Shown here: positions 19,288 through 28,528 of the stretch, piece after piece
Layout of the letters: the number at the start of each line of letters is the position of its first letter
How positions within the stretch are numbered: the first letter of the stretch is position 1
DNA from: Candidatus Kaiserbacteria bacterium
GTDB lineage: Bacteria > Patescibacteriota > Minisyncoccia > Phycocordibacterales > UBA2100
Direction: 5' to 3'
NCBI GenBank assembly: GCA_016217925.1
Contig: JACRFK010000004.1
Span: 1-44,434 of the forward strand
Length of the DNA: 44,434 nt
The notes under the pieces: generated by a model
What the model saw: the letters and a program-made list of their open reading frames with translations, nothing else
Told to the model about the DNA's origin: nothing
Database searches by the model: none
Position numbers and translations under genes: made by a program

Positions 19288-22200
19288 TTAGAAGTTGACC
19301 GACTTGTTGCCGATCGTGAGTGGAAGCGTTCTTACCAGGTAATCACCCGTCCAGTCAGAGGTCGAAGCTCCCGTTGCACTCGAAGAGTGATCGGCGAGAT
19401 CAGACCAGTCAGACCATGCGAATGAAGCTGCGGTGCTCACACCTTGCGTACCAGCGGCTGATCCGAAGACAGCAGTCGAAGACGCTGTCGTTTGCGGATT
19501 GGCGATGGATGCACTGATGTTGTTCGCACCGGACGCGATACCGCCGACGGTTCCACGAAGCTCGTATGTCTTCGAGGTGCCTGCGTCAACCGTCTCGACG
19601 GTCGTCGGACGGAAGTGGACCAAACACGTTGTCTGATTCAGACAAGCGTCGAGAGTTCCGAGGTCAGTCGCGACAACTGTCGTTGTTGCCATGGTACCTG
19701 CAATCTGGTTGGCACCACTCCATACTGCGAGAGTGGTTGTCGCACCAACGGTGACAGCTGCAGTCTTGTTGAGGGTGATGACCACAGAGCCCCAATCGAT
19801 CTTACCTGCCGCATCAGCCGTGACGGTGAAGCGTCCGAGGACCTGGTTGGATCCTGCGTTGAGCGTCGCCGCGGCGGAATTGTCAGTCGAGAGGACCGGT
19901 TTGGACTTGCGGACGTACATCGTACCCTTGCCGCTTGTGGCTGCACCGTTGAGGTTCGCGTAGGAAGCCATCGTTGTCGATGCTGTGCCTGCGCTATCCA
20001 CTGCCTTGAAGCCTGTGATCCAGCTGAGGTATGCCGAGATTGCTGTACCGGACGTGGCACCGTTCGCGACTGTCGGAATGTTGACGTAGACATCAATGGT
20101 CTGCGTCTCATTCATCGGAATAGCGAAGGTGAGACCGGTGAAGGTCGCCGTCGAGTACACCTGCGTCCCCGAAGAGAGCGAAAGTGCCTGCGAGACACCT
20201 GCCGTATTGCCCGGCCACTTGAGGGTGACGGACGAGACGGATGTCGCGGCGTTTGCCGGAATAAGGACCGCAAGCTCTTGGACCGTGAAGCCAGAGTTGG
20301 ACGCTGTGAAGTTGAAGGAACCGACTTTTACGTCGTTGCTACCTGCAATGACGTTTGCATTGTCAGGCGATGTTCCTGTCGACTGTGTGAGCGAGCCCGT
20401 ACCGACCGTGATGGTCTGGAGGTTGACATCGTTGCCGGTGTCAGCAGTTCCGTTGGTATCGAGCGTGACCGAGTTGCTCGTCATGATGCCGAGACCGCCC
20501 GTCGTTTCATCCAACGTAGCGATCCACGTACCGATGTTCGAGCCGGACTTGATGTTACCGACAAGGTCGATAGTCTTGGTCGATGAGACCGGGATATCGA
20601 AGTTGACGGAGAACGTGTTGTCCGTCGAAGGCGAAGGCTTCGCCGTTCCGATCTGTGCACCCGTCGCAGAATCAACGAGGCGGAGGTCCGTGATGGATGC
20701 CGCTTCGTCAGCTGAGAGGTTGACAACGATCGTGTTTACGTTCACGCCTTCCGTCGAACCCGACGAGAGAGTGAACGAGCCGAGACGAGCGTTGCTCGTA
20801 CCAGCGATGATGGTCTGATTGCCGTACCCTGAGTACTTCGTCGCTGTGAGTGTCGCAGACGAGATAGTGAGGGTGTTGCCTGCCACATCCGAACCCGGTA
20901 CGCTCACCGAAGTGAGAGAGACCTGGCCGAACGCGTTTGAAGAACCATCGTCAAGCGTGATTGCTACTGTCTGACCGGAGGTCAAAGCTGTACCAGTCGA
21001 GCTCTTCGCATCTGCGTAGATGTCGATGATGTGTACCGCTCCCGCCTTCGCGATGAAGGAAGAACCGAAGGTGAATTCAATGTCCGTACCATCAGTCAAG
21101 TCCTTGGTAGAACCGACCTGTACGCCATCGACGAATACTTTACCGTTGTCGAGACCAGCCTGCGCGCCAGCCGATGTGTCGGCGTTGACGTTGAGGGACT
21201 CGATCTTCACGTCTTCACCCGATGCACGGAGCTCGAAGGACGCGAACTTTTGGTTCGACGCTCCGAGTGTGATGTTCGAGGAAGGCGAGGTGTTCGCTTT
21301 CACGACCGAGACGGCAGCCGAGCCGATCGTCTGTACGCCCGAGGAGCGTGCAGAGAAGGCTGAGCCAGCCGCAGTCGCAAGTATCGGTTGGTTGAGCTCG
21401 GTGTCGATGAAGCGAGCGTCTGCCGCGCGACGAAGCGAGAACTGCATCGTGAGGCTTGAGCCACCGACGACGTCACCGACGACCTTGATGGTTCGTCCGC
21501 CCGATTCGAGGCGTTTTGGTGTTGCCGTGAGGTCCCATGCGACAGAAGTTTCTCCTGCCACGAGGTTCGGTACGGCCTGGCCGACTTGGACACCGTCTAC
21601 GTAGAGACGGAGATTCCTGACGTCGTTAAGACCGATAGAACCGAGGTTGCGGAGCTGGAACGAGGTCAGATTGACCGCGCGCGTGCCGATAGTCGCCACG
21701 TTCTGCCAGACCACGACGTCGTTTGCTGGCGTCAGGTTTGTGTTCGTTCCCGGGGTTGTGCCGGAAGCGAAGTCGACCGTTGCGAGAGTCGCCGAAGAGA
21801 CCAAGAGCGCTGAGCCCGTGATCGGAAGGACGACAGACGAGTCGAGAAGACCGGACGCGCTGACGCTCGTGAGCTGGACGCCGACCTGTTGGCCGTTCGT
21901 CGAGCCTGCGATGTCTGAGCGGACGGAGATCGTGATCATGCCGCCGGCCGGTACCGTGAAGAGACCGGACGGAGCGTTGAAGTTGAACGCCGTGTTGCTG
22001 ACCCCTGCGGAATCAGTAAGACGCGTTGCCCCATTGAAGAGGTAGACGTTGGCGAGCGTCGAATCAGATGACACGCCGATGCGCTTGAACGCAAGGTTCG
22101 TGACAGTGATCGGAGCGCCTGTCGGGTTCGAGAAGGTGAACTTCGCGAGTTCCGCGATGGCCTGTCCTTGGACGAGCGCGCCGTACGTCGGGTTGTCCGC

Positions 22201-22725
22201 AGCGAGCGCGACCTTGAGGCCGTTGCCCGTTACTGGAGTGCCCGGAATTCCGGGTGTACCCGGTGTGCCTGCGCACATCGAGTTCGCCTTTGCTCGGGTC
22301 ATCGGACCCCAGATGCCGACCGGCGAGATGCCGTTGGCAGACTGGAACTTCGAGACCGCAGCACTTGTCTTTGCGCCGAAGTACGACGTTTCATTGCCCG
22401 GAGAGCCAGCGCCTGTTGCGGCAATCTGAGCCCCGTGAGTGTTAAGGAATTTTTGTACCGCCATCACTTCACCTCCAGACTTACCGACTGAAAGGTTCTG
22501 CGTGAAGGTCGCGCAGCTTGCGCCGGCCGTAGACGAGCCGCCCTGCAATGCTGCGATTTGTGCCATCAACGACGCGATCTGTGCTTGGAGATCAGAAAGC
22601 GTGTCCGCTTTTGCCGGAGTGGCAAACGAGAACGCGAATCCGAAGACCAAAGCAACAGCAACGACGATTGCGGCAACATTTTTTGTTGCTAATGCTTTAC
22701 TCATAGTTAATTTTGACTTTTTCAT
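19288..22725 (-). CDS. large secreted S-layer-like surface protein with N-terminal peptidoglycan-binding domain
   Basis: Signal peptide, coiled-coil, FTQNLSVG..GGEVMAVQKFLN, YFGAKTSAAV and long Thr/Ser/Ala-rich beta repeats. Alternative start 22704. Confidence 0.82.
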   Translation of the reverse strand: MKKSKLTMSKALATKNVAAIVVAVALVFGFAFSFATPAKADTLSDLQAQIASLMAQIAALQGGSSTAGASCATFTQNLSVGKSGGEVMAVQKFLNTHGAQIAATGAGSPGNETSYFGAKTSAAVSKFQSANGISPVGIWGPMTRAKANSMCAGTPGTPGIPGTPVTGNGLKVALAADNPTYGALVQGQAIAELAKFTFSNPTGAPITVTNLAFKRIGVSSDSTLANVYLFNGATRLTDSAGVSNTAFNFNAPSGLFTVPAGGMITISVRSDIAGSTNGQQVGVQLTSVSASGLLDSSVVLPITGSALLVSSATLATVDFASGTTPGTNTNLTPANDVVVWQNVATIGTRAVNLTSFQLRNLGSIGLNDVRNLRLYVDGVQVGQAVPNLVAGETSVAWDLTATPKRLESGGRTIKVVGDVVGGSSLTMQFSLRRAADARFIDTELNQPILATAAGSAFSARSSGVQTIGSAAVSVVKANTSPSSNITLGASNQKFASFELRASGEDVKIESLNVNADTSAGAQAGLDNGKVFVDGVQVGSTKDLTDGTDIEFTFGSSFIAKAGAVHIIDIYADAKSSTGTALTSGQTVAITLDDGSSNAFGQVSLTSVSVPGSDVAGNTLTISSATLTATKYSGYGNQTIIAGTSNARLGSFTLSSGSTEGVNVNTIVVNLSADEAASITDLRLVDSATGAQIGTAKPSPSTDNTFSVNFDIPVSSTKTIDLVGNIKSGSNIGTWIATLDETTGGLGIMTSNSVTLDTNGTADTGNDVNLQTITVGTGSLTQSTGTSPDNANVIAGSNDVKVGSFNFTASNSGFTVQELAVLIPANAATSVSSVTLKWPGNTAGVSQALSLSSGTQVYSTATFTGLTFAIPMNETQTIDVYVNIPTVANGATSGTAISAYLSWITGFKAVDSAGTASTTMASYANLNGAATSGKGTMYVRKSKPVLSTDNSAAATLNAGSNQVLGRFTVTADAAGKIDWGSVVITLNKTAAVTVGATTTLAVWSGANQIAGTMATTTVVATDLGTLDACLNQTTCLVHFRPTTVETVDAGTSKTYELRGTVGGIASGANNISASIANPQTTASSTAVFGSAAGTQGVSTAASFAWSDWSDLADHSSSATGASTSDWTGDYLVRTLPLTIGNKSVNF

Positions 22726-23254
22726 CCAGCACCACTTTTGCGCTTCGAACTCTGGTGACTTTGATACGCTGAACGTATGCGTTCAATCATTTCAAAACCC
22801 TAAAGCTCAACCTGCAAAAGTGGTGCTGGACCGTACACTCCACCCTTTCGACGAGGAGTCGTGTACGTTGTGTGCCTTCTGCTAAATAAATAACTGATAA
22901 CTGAAGACAACTAATAATTTGGTCTCTGCCCACCAACGTGGTAGGAAAAACCCCGAACATTTGCTAGCCCTTCCACCGCCAAGATGACGGGACCAGGATT
23001 AGCAGCGAGGAGTGAGTGGAATTTCAGTCATGCAATCGTTACCGGACAAGATCAGGATATTCAGTAACACGTCTCAGAATTTTATGTATCCGAGAAGCGG
23101 GCCATAAACGGCCTGTTATTTTTCTCTATTCAAATGTCAACGAACTGCACAGAGGACACTCGCCCTCATGCGCCTACACGACATCCTATGGGGATGCCGT
23201 CGCACAATTATATACTAGGGACCATGCTGCACATGAATGCACCGCTCCCCCGTT

Positions 23255-23263
23255 TGTGGATAA
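23255..23263 (-). promoter_or_regulatory. DnaA-box consensus TTATCCACA
   Basis: Single perfect 9-mer in a long intergenic region. Confidence 0.35.
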
Positions 23264-23474
23264 CTTGTGGCTACAAAAAGCCTTCGTCTCGCGACGAATG
23301 GGCGTTTTATGAACACTCGCTATCGCCCGCCACAATACCCTAGTGCTCTAAGGGAGTCAATTGAGTAGACGACTCATATGCGCTTATCTTTCAGGTCACA
23401 CCATGCGTGACGGGGCGATGAAGGAATTACGGGGCTTTATCGCGTATTCAAGTGTGGATTAAGACACGAAATCT

Positions 23475-24221
23475 CTAAATGACAATGGAGTACTTACTCC
23501 AACGCTTAAGGCCTGTTTTTCTGACCCTACCGGACCCTACGAGAGTGACGAGATGGCGTTGTATCATTTTTTCACTGTATTCGGGCAAATTAAAGGCGAT
23601 GTCACGAATCCCAAGCTCCCCGCCAGCACGCAATACAGAAACAATGCGCTCCTCTCGGACGTTTGAGCTGCGTCTGTCTGATATCTTATCGGACATTGTT
23701 GGTGTGTCCTTTACGACCATCTTGTCCTTTACGGCAACAATGTCCTTTACAAATTTTTCATCGATATCCAGTGGACCGTCTTTTGAAAGGGCGAATGTCT
23801 CTGACGACGGCGAGCTCTGGGACACGCTCAAGAAGTTACCAAGCTCGTCGAGACCCTCGATCATAGTGTTTGTGTTCTGTAGGGAGAGAAAGCCGCCAAC
23901 GGCAAGCACACGCACAAGGGATATCAAATGTCGTATTGATGCCCGACTTAATACGACTTTTTGCGAGTCGGTCCTCATCTCATCGCGCAAAGCAAGGATG
24001 CTTCCGAGCATTTTGACGGCCTCTTCGCGAACGGAGACCCTGATGGCCTCTCTCGCCTCTATATGGTTTGTTACCAAAAAGAGTGCGGCAACAAGGCGCT
24101 CGGCACGGCTATACGCCCTATCAGCCGACTGGTTAGCCCCAAAAGGACTGGTACGTACCGTCTGTTTATCAAAATAACGAAATAGAGGATTCGACTTCTG
24201 TATGTCTCTTTTGTCGTCCAT
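23475..24221 (-). CDS. conserved hypothetical: helical N-domain plus C-terminal DeoR-like winged HTH
   Basis: C-terminal REERIVSVL..GELGIRDI..YSEKMIQRHL..LV..GRV.KTG.KRWSKY. Confidence 0.7.
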   Translation of the reverse strand: MDDKRDIQKSNPLFRYFDKQTVRTSPFGANQSADRAYSRAERLVAALFLVTNHIEAREAIRVSVREEAVKMLGSILALRDEMRTDSQKVVLSRASIRHLISLVRVLAVGGFLSLQNTNTMIEGLDELGNFLSVSQSSPSSETFALSKDGPLDIDEKFVKDIVAVKDKMVVKDTPTMSDKISDRRSSNVREERIVSVLRAGGELGIRDIAFNLPEYSEKMIQRHLVTLVGSGRVRKTGLKRWSKYSIVI

Positions 24222-24432
24222 TATATGTCCGTAGTATGTACTAGGAGCGTAAAGTACAGGGGACGTCTGTGAGTATATAAAGGACGTAGAAACTTCGCAA
24301 TCCCCACCCACGGTCCATTTCCCAGGCCAACTTCCAGGCCGACTCTCCGAGTGTTTCGAGCATCGGGTGAGTTCCCCTGTCCCCGTAGCATGTAAGTACT
24401 AGTTTGTAACATGTCGCTCCGAAGCGAGATGA

Positions 24433-24511
24433 CCCCGTTAGAAGTTAAGGAATATTCGACTTTGCAGCCGACTAATTTTTTGAAGCATTTTTGTCGTCAC
24501 TTCTAACGGGG
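24433..24511. mobile_element. MITE-like TIR element, copy 5 (79 bp)
   Basis: CCCCGTTAGAAGT / ACTTCTAACGGGG; TGA on both flanks (3 bp only). Confidence 0.65.
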
Positions 24512-24531
24512 TGATATGATGTCACCATGAA

Positions 24532-24643
24532 TCCCGTTAGAAATCGCGGACACGCGAAGTCGAATTTCTCAATAGGGTACGTTATTGGCGATAACCGAAT
24601 GGGGTGGGCCGCTTTGATAGGCCGCGTCCTATTTCTAACGGGA
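24532..24643. mobile_element. MITE-like TIR element, copy 6 (112 bp)
   Basis: TCCCGTTAGAAAT / ATTTCTAACGGGA; TGAA on both flanks. Confidence 0.72.
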
Positions 24644-26880
24644 TGAAAGCAAAGCAGAAACGCGGGAAAGAGAAGGATCCGAATAAGGATGACGACGAAG
24701 TAAAGATCAGTTCCGTGAGCACCGAAGCGATGCGGGGCGTGTTCGCTATATTCTGTGTCGCACTCGCCGGATTTCTTGTACTCGCGGAGCTCGGCGGCGG
24801 AGGCACTATCGGCGGCACACTCCACGAGTGGCTCACGTGGCTCTTGGGCGTGGGGTATCTTCTCCTTCCCCTTTCTCTCATGCTTCTTGCCACTCTTATT
24901 TTCCGCTCATTCGAACGCAACTTTGGATGGGTGCAGTTCATAGCAATGACGATTTTCTTGCTATCCGGACTCGGTCTTATCAACCTCGCCTTCTCCGGCC
25001 GTGGCGGTATTCTCGGCATCAGCATCTCAAATCTCATTGTATCCGGAGTGGATACAACGGCGACCGTTATCTTTCTTATCGCTTTTATCATCGCGGCGCT
25101 CGTCGTTGCGTTCGACATCCATCTCGGTGTGGTAGCGGCGAAGATCGCAGGTCTTTTCCGCAATACTGCCGAGAATAATCCGGAAAATGAGGTATCGGAC
25201 GTGCCTGTCGTCGGGCTCCCGGAAGAAACGCCTCAAGAAGAAGCCGAGGCTAGCGCCGAAGTAGCAGAGGTTCCCGAAAGTAAGTCGGGGGGGTCTGGTA
25301 ATCCCATAGCAAAATTCTTCAGTGGCACAGACGCGACGACAGATGGGTTCCCGATCATCGCGGCAACTGGAAGCACCTATATTCCCCCACCGGTATCGAT
25401 ACTTGCAAAAAATAAGGGCAAACCAGAGGTCGGCGATGTGAAGGCCAATATGAACATCATCAAGCGGACCCTTCAGAATTTCGGCATCCAGGTAGAGATG
25501 GACGAGGCATCCATCGGCCCGACCGTGACGCGCTATTCGATGAAACCTGCCGAGGGCGTGCGCCTCTCGAAGATAATCGCTCTCCAGAGCAATCTCGAGC
25601 TTGCGCTTGCCGTCTCCCCCGTACGCATCGAAGCGCCGATACCTGGAAAATCACTCGTCGGCATCGAGGTTCCCAATATCTCACGCACGACACTAGGCCT
25701 CGCACCACTCATTTCTGATGACGCCTACCTCCAATCCGACAAGCCGCTTTTGCTCGCGCTCGGCCGCTCTATCACCGGAACACCCCATTTTGCGGACCTC
25801 GCACGCATGCCGCACATGCTCGTCGCCGGTACGACTGGCGCGGGCAAGTCCGTCGCCATACACGACTTCATCGTCTCACTCCTCTATCGATGCGGGCCCG
25901 AACGTCTGCGGTTCATCATGGTCGACCCGAAACGGGTCGAGCTCACCGTGTATAATTCTATCCCCCACCTACTGACTCCCGTCATCACCGACGCAAAGAA
26001 AGCGATACTCGCGCTCAAATGGCTCGCAAAGGAAATGGAACGCAGGTACAACATCCTCGAAGCTGAAGCGGTCCGCGATATTGCCTCGTACCATAAAAAC
26101 GTCGTGGCGCCGGCACTCGAGAAGGCTGCGAAGAGAGAGGACGACAAGCCGCTGCCGGAAGCGATGCCGTATATCGTACTTGTTATCGACGAATTGGCCG
26201 ATATCATGTCCACCTATCCGCGAGAGCTTGAAAGCGGCATCGTGCGCCTGGCACAGATGAGCCGCGCAGTCGGCATTCACCTGCTCCTCTCTACTCAGCG
26301 ACCGAGTGTGAAGATCATCACAGGTCTCATCAAAGCAAACATCCCCGCGCGCGTCGCCATGCAAGTCTCCTCGCAAATAGACTCACGCACCATTCTCGAC
26401 GGGGGTGGCGCCGAGAAGCTCCTAGGGGCGGGCGACATGCTCTTCCTCTCGGGCGAAATGTCCAAGCCGCGCCGCATCCAGGCACCGTTCATCTCCGAAG
26501 ACGAAGTCAAAAAAGTCGTCGCGCACATTCTGAGGAACAACGACGGGACACTTCCGAGTGAGATAGATTTCTCGGACTCACGCATGGGCCAAGGTCCCGA
26601 CCCGATATTTTCCTCCTCGATAGGAGACGACAATGAAGAGGACGAGCTCTATGCCGATGCGAAGCGCACGGTCATAGAAGCTGGCAAAGCGTCTACTTCC
26701 TATCTGCAGCGCAAGCTTGGCGTGGGCTACGCGCGCGCGGCAAAACTCATCGACATGCTCGAAGAGCGCGGTGTCGTCGGGCCTCAAGACGGCGCGAAGC
26801 CACGCAGCATCATAGGAGAGGGCAACGCGGACGAGCTTGCACAAGAATCAGAAGAGGGCGAAGAAACACTCGAACGTTAG
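24643..26880 (+). CDS. ftsK: DNA translocase FtsK/SpoIIIE
   Basis: N-terminal TMs, GPTVTRY, MPHMLVAGTTGAGKS, MVDPKRVEL, GAEKLLGAGDML and gamma domain STSYLQRKLGVGYARAAKLID. Confidence 0.96.
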   Translation: MKAKQKRGKEKDPNKDDDEVKISSVSTEAMRGVFAIFCVALAGFLVLAELGGGGTIGGTLHEWLTWLLGVGYLLLPLSLMLLATLIFRSFERNFGWVQFIAMTIFLLSGLGLINLAFSGRGGILGISISNLIVSGVDTTATVIFLIAFIIAALVVAFDIHLGVVAAKIAGLFRNTAENNPENEVSDVPVVGLPEETPQEEAEASAEVAEVPESKSGGSGNPIAKFFSGTDATTDGFPIIAATGSTYIPPPVSILAKNKGKPEVGDVKANMNIIKRTLQNFGIQVEMDEASIGPTVTRYSMKPAEGVRLSKIIALQSNLELALAVSPVRIEAPIPGKSLVGIEVPNISRTTLGLAPLISDDAYLQSDKPLLLALGRSITGTPHFADLARMPHMLVAGTTGAGKSVAIHDFIVSLLYRCGPERLRFIMVDPKRVELTVYNSIPHLLTPVITDAKKAILALKWLAKEMERRYNILEAEAVRDIASYHKNVVAPALEKAAKREDDKPLPEAMPYIVLVIDELADIMSTYPRELESGIVRLAQMSRAVGIHLLLSTQRPSVKIITGLIKANIPARVAMQVSSQIDSRTILDGGGAEKLLGAGDMLFLSGEMSKPRRIQAPFISEDEVKKVVAHILRNNDGTLPSEIDFSDSRMGQGPDPIFSSSIGDDNEEDELYADAKRTVIEAGKASTSYLQRKLGVGYARAAKLIDMLEERGVVGPQDGAKPRSIIGEGNADELAQESEEGEETLER

Positions 26881-26881
26881 T

Positions 26882-27319
26882 ATGTTGCCCTATCGAGACA
26901 GCAGGTTAACGTATATAGCCCTCGGCATTTTTTTTCTCATTGTTCTTAGCTATGCATACTACGAGGCCCGTGGACTGCTTTTCGGGCCAACGATTATCGT
27001 AGCCTCGGGGGTCATAGAGGTGCACGAGCCATTCGTTATGATACAAGGGCGCGCCGAACGGATATCTTCCCTTTCGATGAACGGTAAGACCGTCCCCGTC
27101 ACAGAAAGTGGCGCATTTGAGGAACCGTACCTACTCAACCTCGGATACAATCGCGTCGTACTCGACGCGAGCGATAAATACGGACGTACCCGCCGACAAG
27201 CCATCGAGATCATCTATACCCTCTCGACGACCACGGCACAGACAGCCGCAGGTATCACAACAACAGATTCAACAAGCTCACCGCAAACCGCATCATCCAC
27301 ACAGGGTGTAGCGCAATAG
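26882..27319 (+). CDS. single-TM protein with Ig-like domain
   Basis: N-terminal TM and GAFEEPYLLNLGYNRV..A.DKYG pattern. Confidence 0.7.
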   Translation: MLPYRDSRLTYIALGIFFLIVLSYAYYEARGLLFGPTIIVASGVIEVHEPFVMIQGRAERISSLSMNGKTVPVTESGAFEEPYLLNLGYNRVVLDASDKYGRTRRQAIEIIYTLSTTTAQTAAGITTTDSTSSPQTASSTQGVAQ

Positions 27320-27374
27320 GCGTGCTCCGATATACTGACTACTTACTACCAACCACTAACCAACAACTACCCCT

Positions 27375-28481
27375 ATGGCCGGATTCAAGAAAAAGGAAAA
27401 AGCGCCACCAAAGACGACCGGAAGTGGGAGCGACGCTGATATCGAGCGAGCGATTTCCCAAATAAAGACAAAGTTCGGCGACGAATCCATCATGATGCTC
27501 GGTGCGCAGCCGAAGGTGGATGTGAACGCCATCTCGACCGGCTCCATCGGCGTTGATTGGGCGCTCGGCATCGGCGGATTGCCGCGGGGCCGCATCATCG
27601 AGATATTCGGGCCGGAATCATCCGGCAAGACGACGCTCTCACTGCATGCCATCGCCGAAGCGCAGAAAAAAGGCGGCGTATGTGCGTTCATCGATGCGGA
27701 GCACGCGCTTGATCCGGAATATGCCAAAAAGCTCGGCGTGAGGATCGAAGAACTACTCGTTTCCCAACCCGACACCGGCGAGCAAGCGCTCGAAATCGTC
27801 GAATCGCTCGTTCGCAGCGGCAAAATTGACGTCATCGTTATAGACTCGGTCGCTGCGCTCACGCCCAAAGACGAGATCGAGGGCGATATGGGTGCACAGC
27901 ATGTAGGCAAACAGGCCCGGCTCATGTCGCAGGCACTCCGCAAACTGACCGCAATCGTAAGCAAGACGAAGACCGTCATCATTTTCATCAATCAGATACG
28001 CATGCAAATCGGGGTGATGTTCGGCAACCCCGAGACGACGCCGGGCGGCAAGGCGCTCAAATTCTACACTTCGGTACGCATCGATATCCGCCGCATCGCG
28101 CAGATAAAGAAAGGCGACGAAGTGATGGGTGGTCGGCACCGCGTAAAGATCGTGAAGAACAAGATTGCCGCCCCTTTCCGGCAAACCGAATTCGATATGC
28201 TCTACGGCGAAGGCATCTCAAAAGAGGGAGAGGTGCTTGCCCTCGGCGAGAAACTCGGATTTATCCAGAAATCGTCCGGCGGAGCTTACAGCACAATGGG
28301 CCCCTCCTCCGCCAAGGCTCCGAAGGGCGAGGAAACCAAAATGGGGCGCGGCTATGACGCCGCCCGCACTTTTTTGCGCGAAAACAAACCGATATTGAAT
28401 CAACTGCTGAAGGATATTAAAAAAGGATTGAATGAAGGCGGCGGAGTTCAGGGGAAAAGCGCACAACAAGGAGACGAATAG
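27375..28481 (+). CDS. recA: recombinase RecA
   Basis: [27 protein letters not shown] and [17 protein letters not shown]. Confidence 0.98.
   Translation: MAGFKKKEKAPPKTTGSGSDADIERAISQIKTKFGDESIMMLGAQPKVDVNAISTGSIGVDWALGIGGLPRGRIIEIFGPESSGKTTLSLHAIAEAQKKGGVCAFIDAEHALDPEYAKKLGVRIEELLVSQPDTGEQALEIVESLVRSGKIDVIVIDSVAALTPKDEIEGDMGAQHVGKQARLMSQALRKLTAIVSKTKTVIIFINQIRMQIGVMFGNPETTPGGKALKFYTSVRIDIRRIAQIKKGDEVMGGRHRVKIVKNKIAAPFRQTEFDMLYGEGISKEGEVLALGEKLGFIQKSSGGAYSTMGPSSAKAPKGEETKMGRGYDAARTFLRENKPILNQLLKDIKKGLNEGGGVQGKSAQQGDE
28302..28328 (+). repeat. 27-nt element (family B) in frame in recA
   Basis: CCCTCCTCCGCCAAGGCTCCGAAGGGC encodes PSSAKAPKG; matches the tatD copy. Confidence 0.75.
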
Positions 28482-28528
28482 CGCCGAAAAGGTGGACAAA
28501 CGGGATTTTTTGGCTAGAATGCTCCCAC

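Noticed and set aside
19492-22885. Long plus-strand ORFs opposite the S-layer gene (and similar shadows at 3313, 10147, 1795, 42840)
   Set aside because: Antisense or alternate-frame shadows of well-supported genes in GC-rich codons; no motifs or start signals.
22890-23470. tmRNA, RNase P or SRP RNA in the long intergenic region
   Set aside because: None of the hallmark motifs was recognised by eye; an Rfam scan would be needed to exclude them fully.
1488-24643. TIR elements as integron attC sites
   Set aside because: They contain GTTAGA and TCTAAC, but in the opposite order to attC (RYYYAAC...GTTRRRY). They do not follow cassette ORFs, and no integrase is present.
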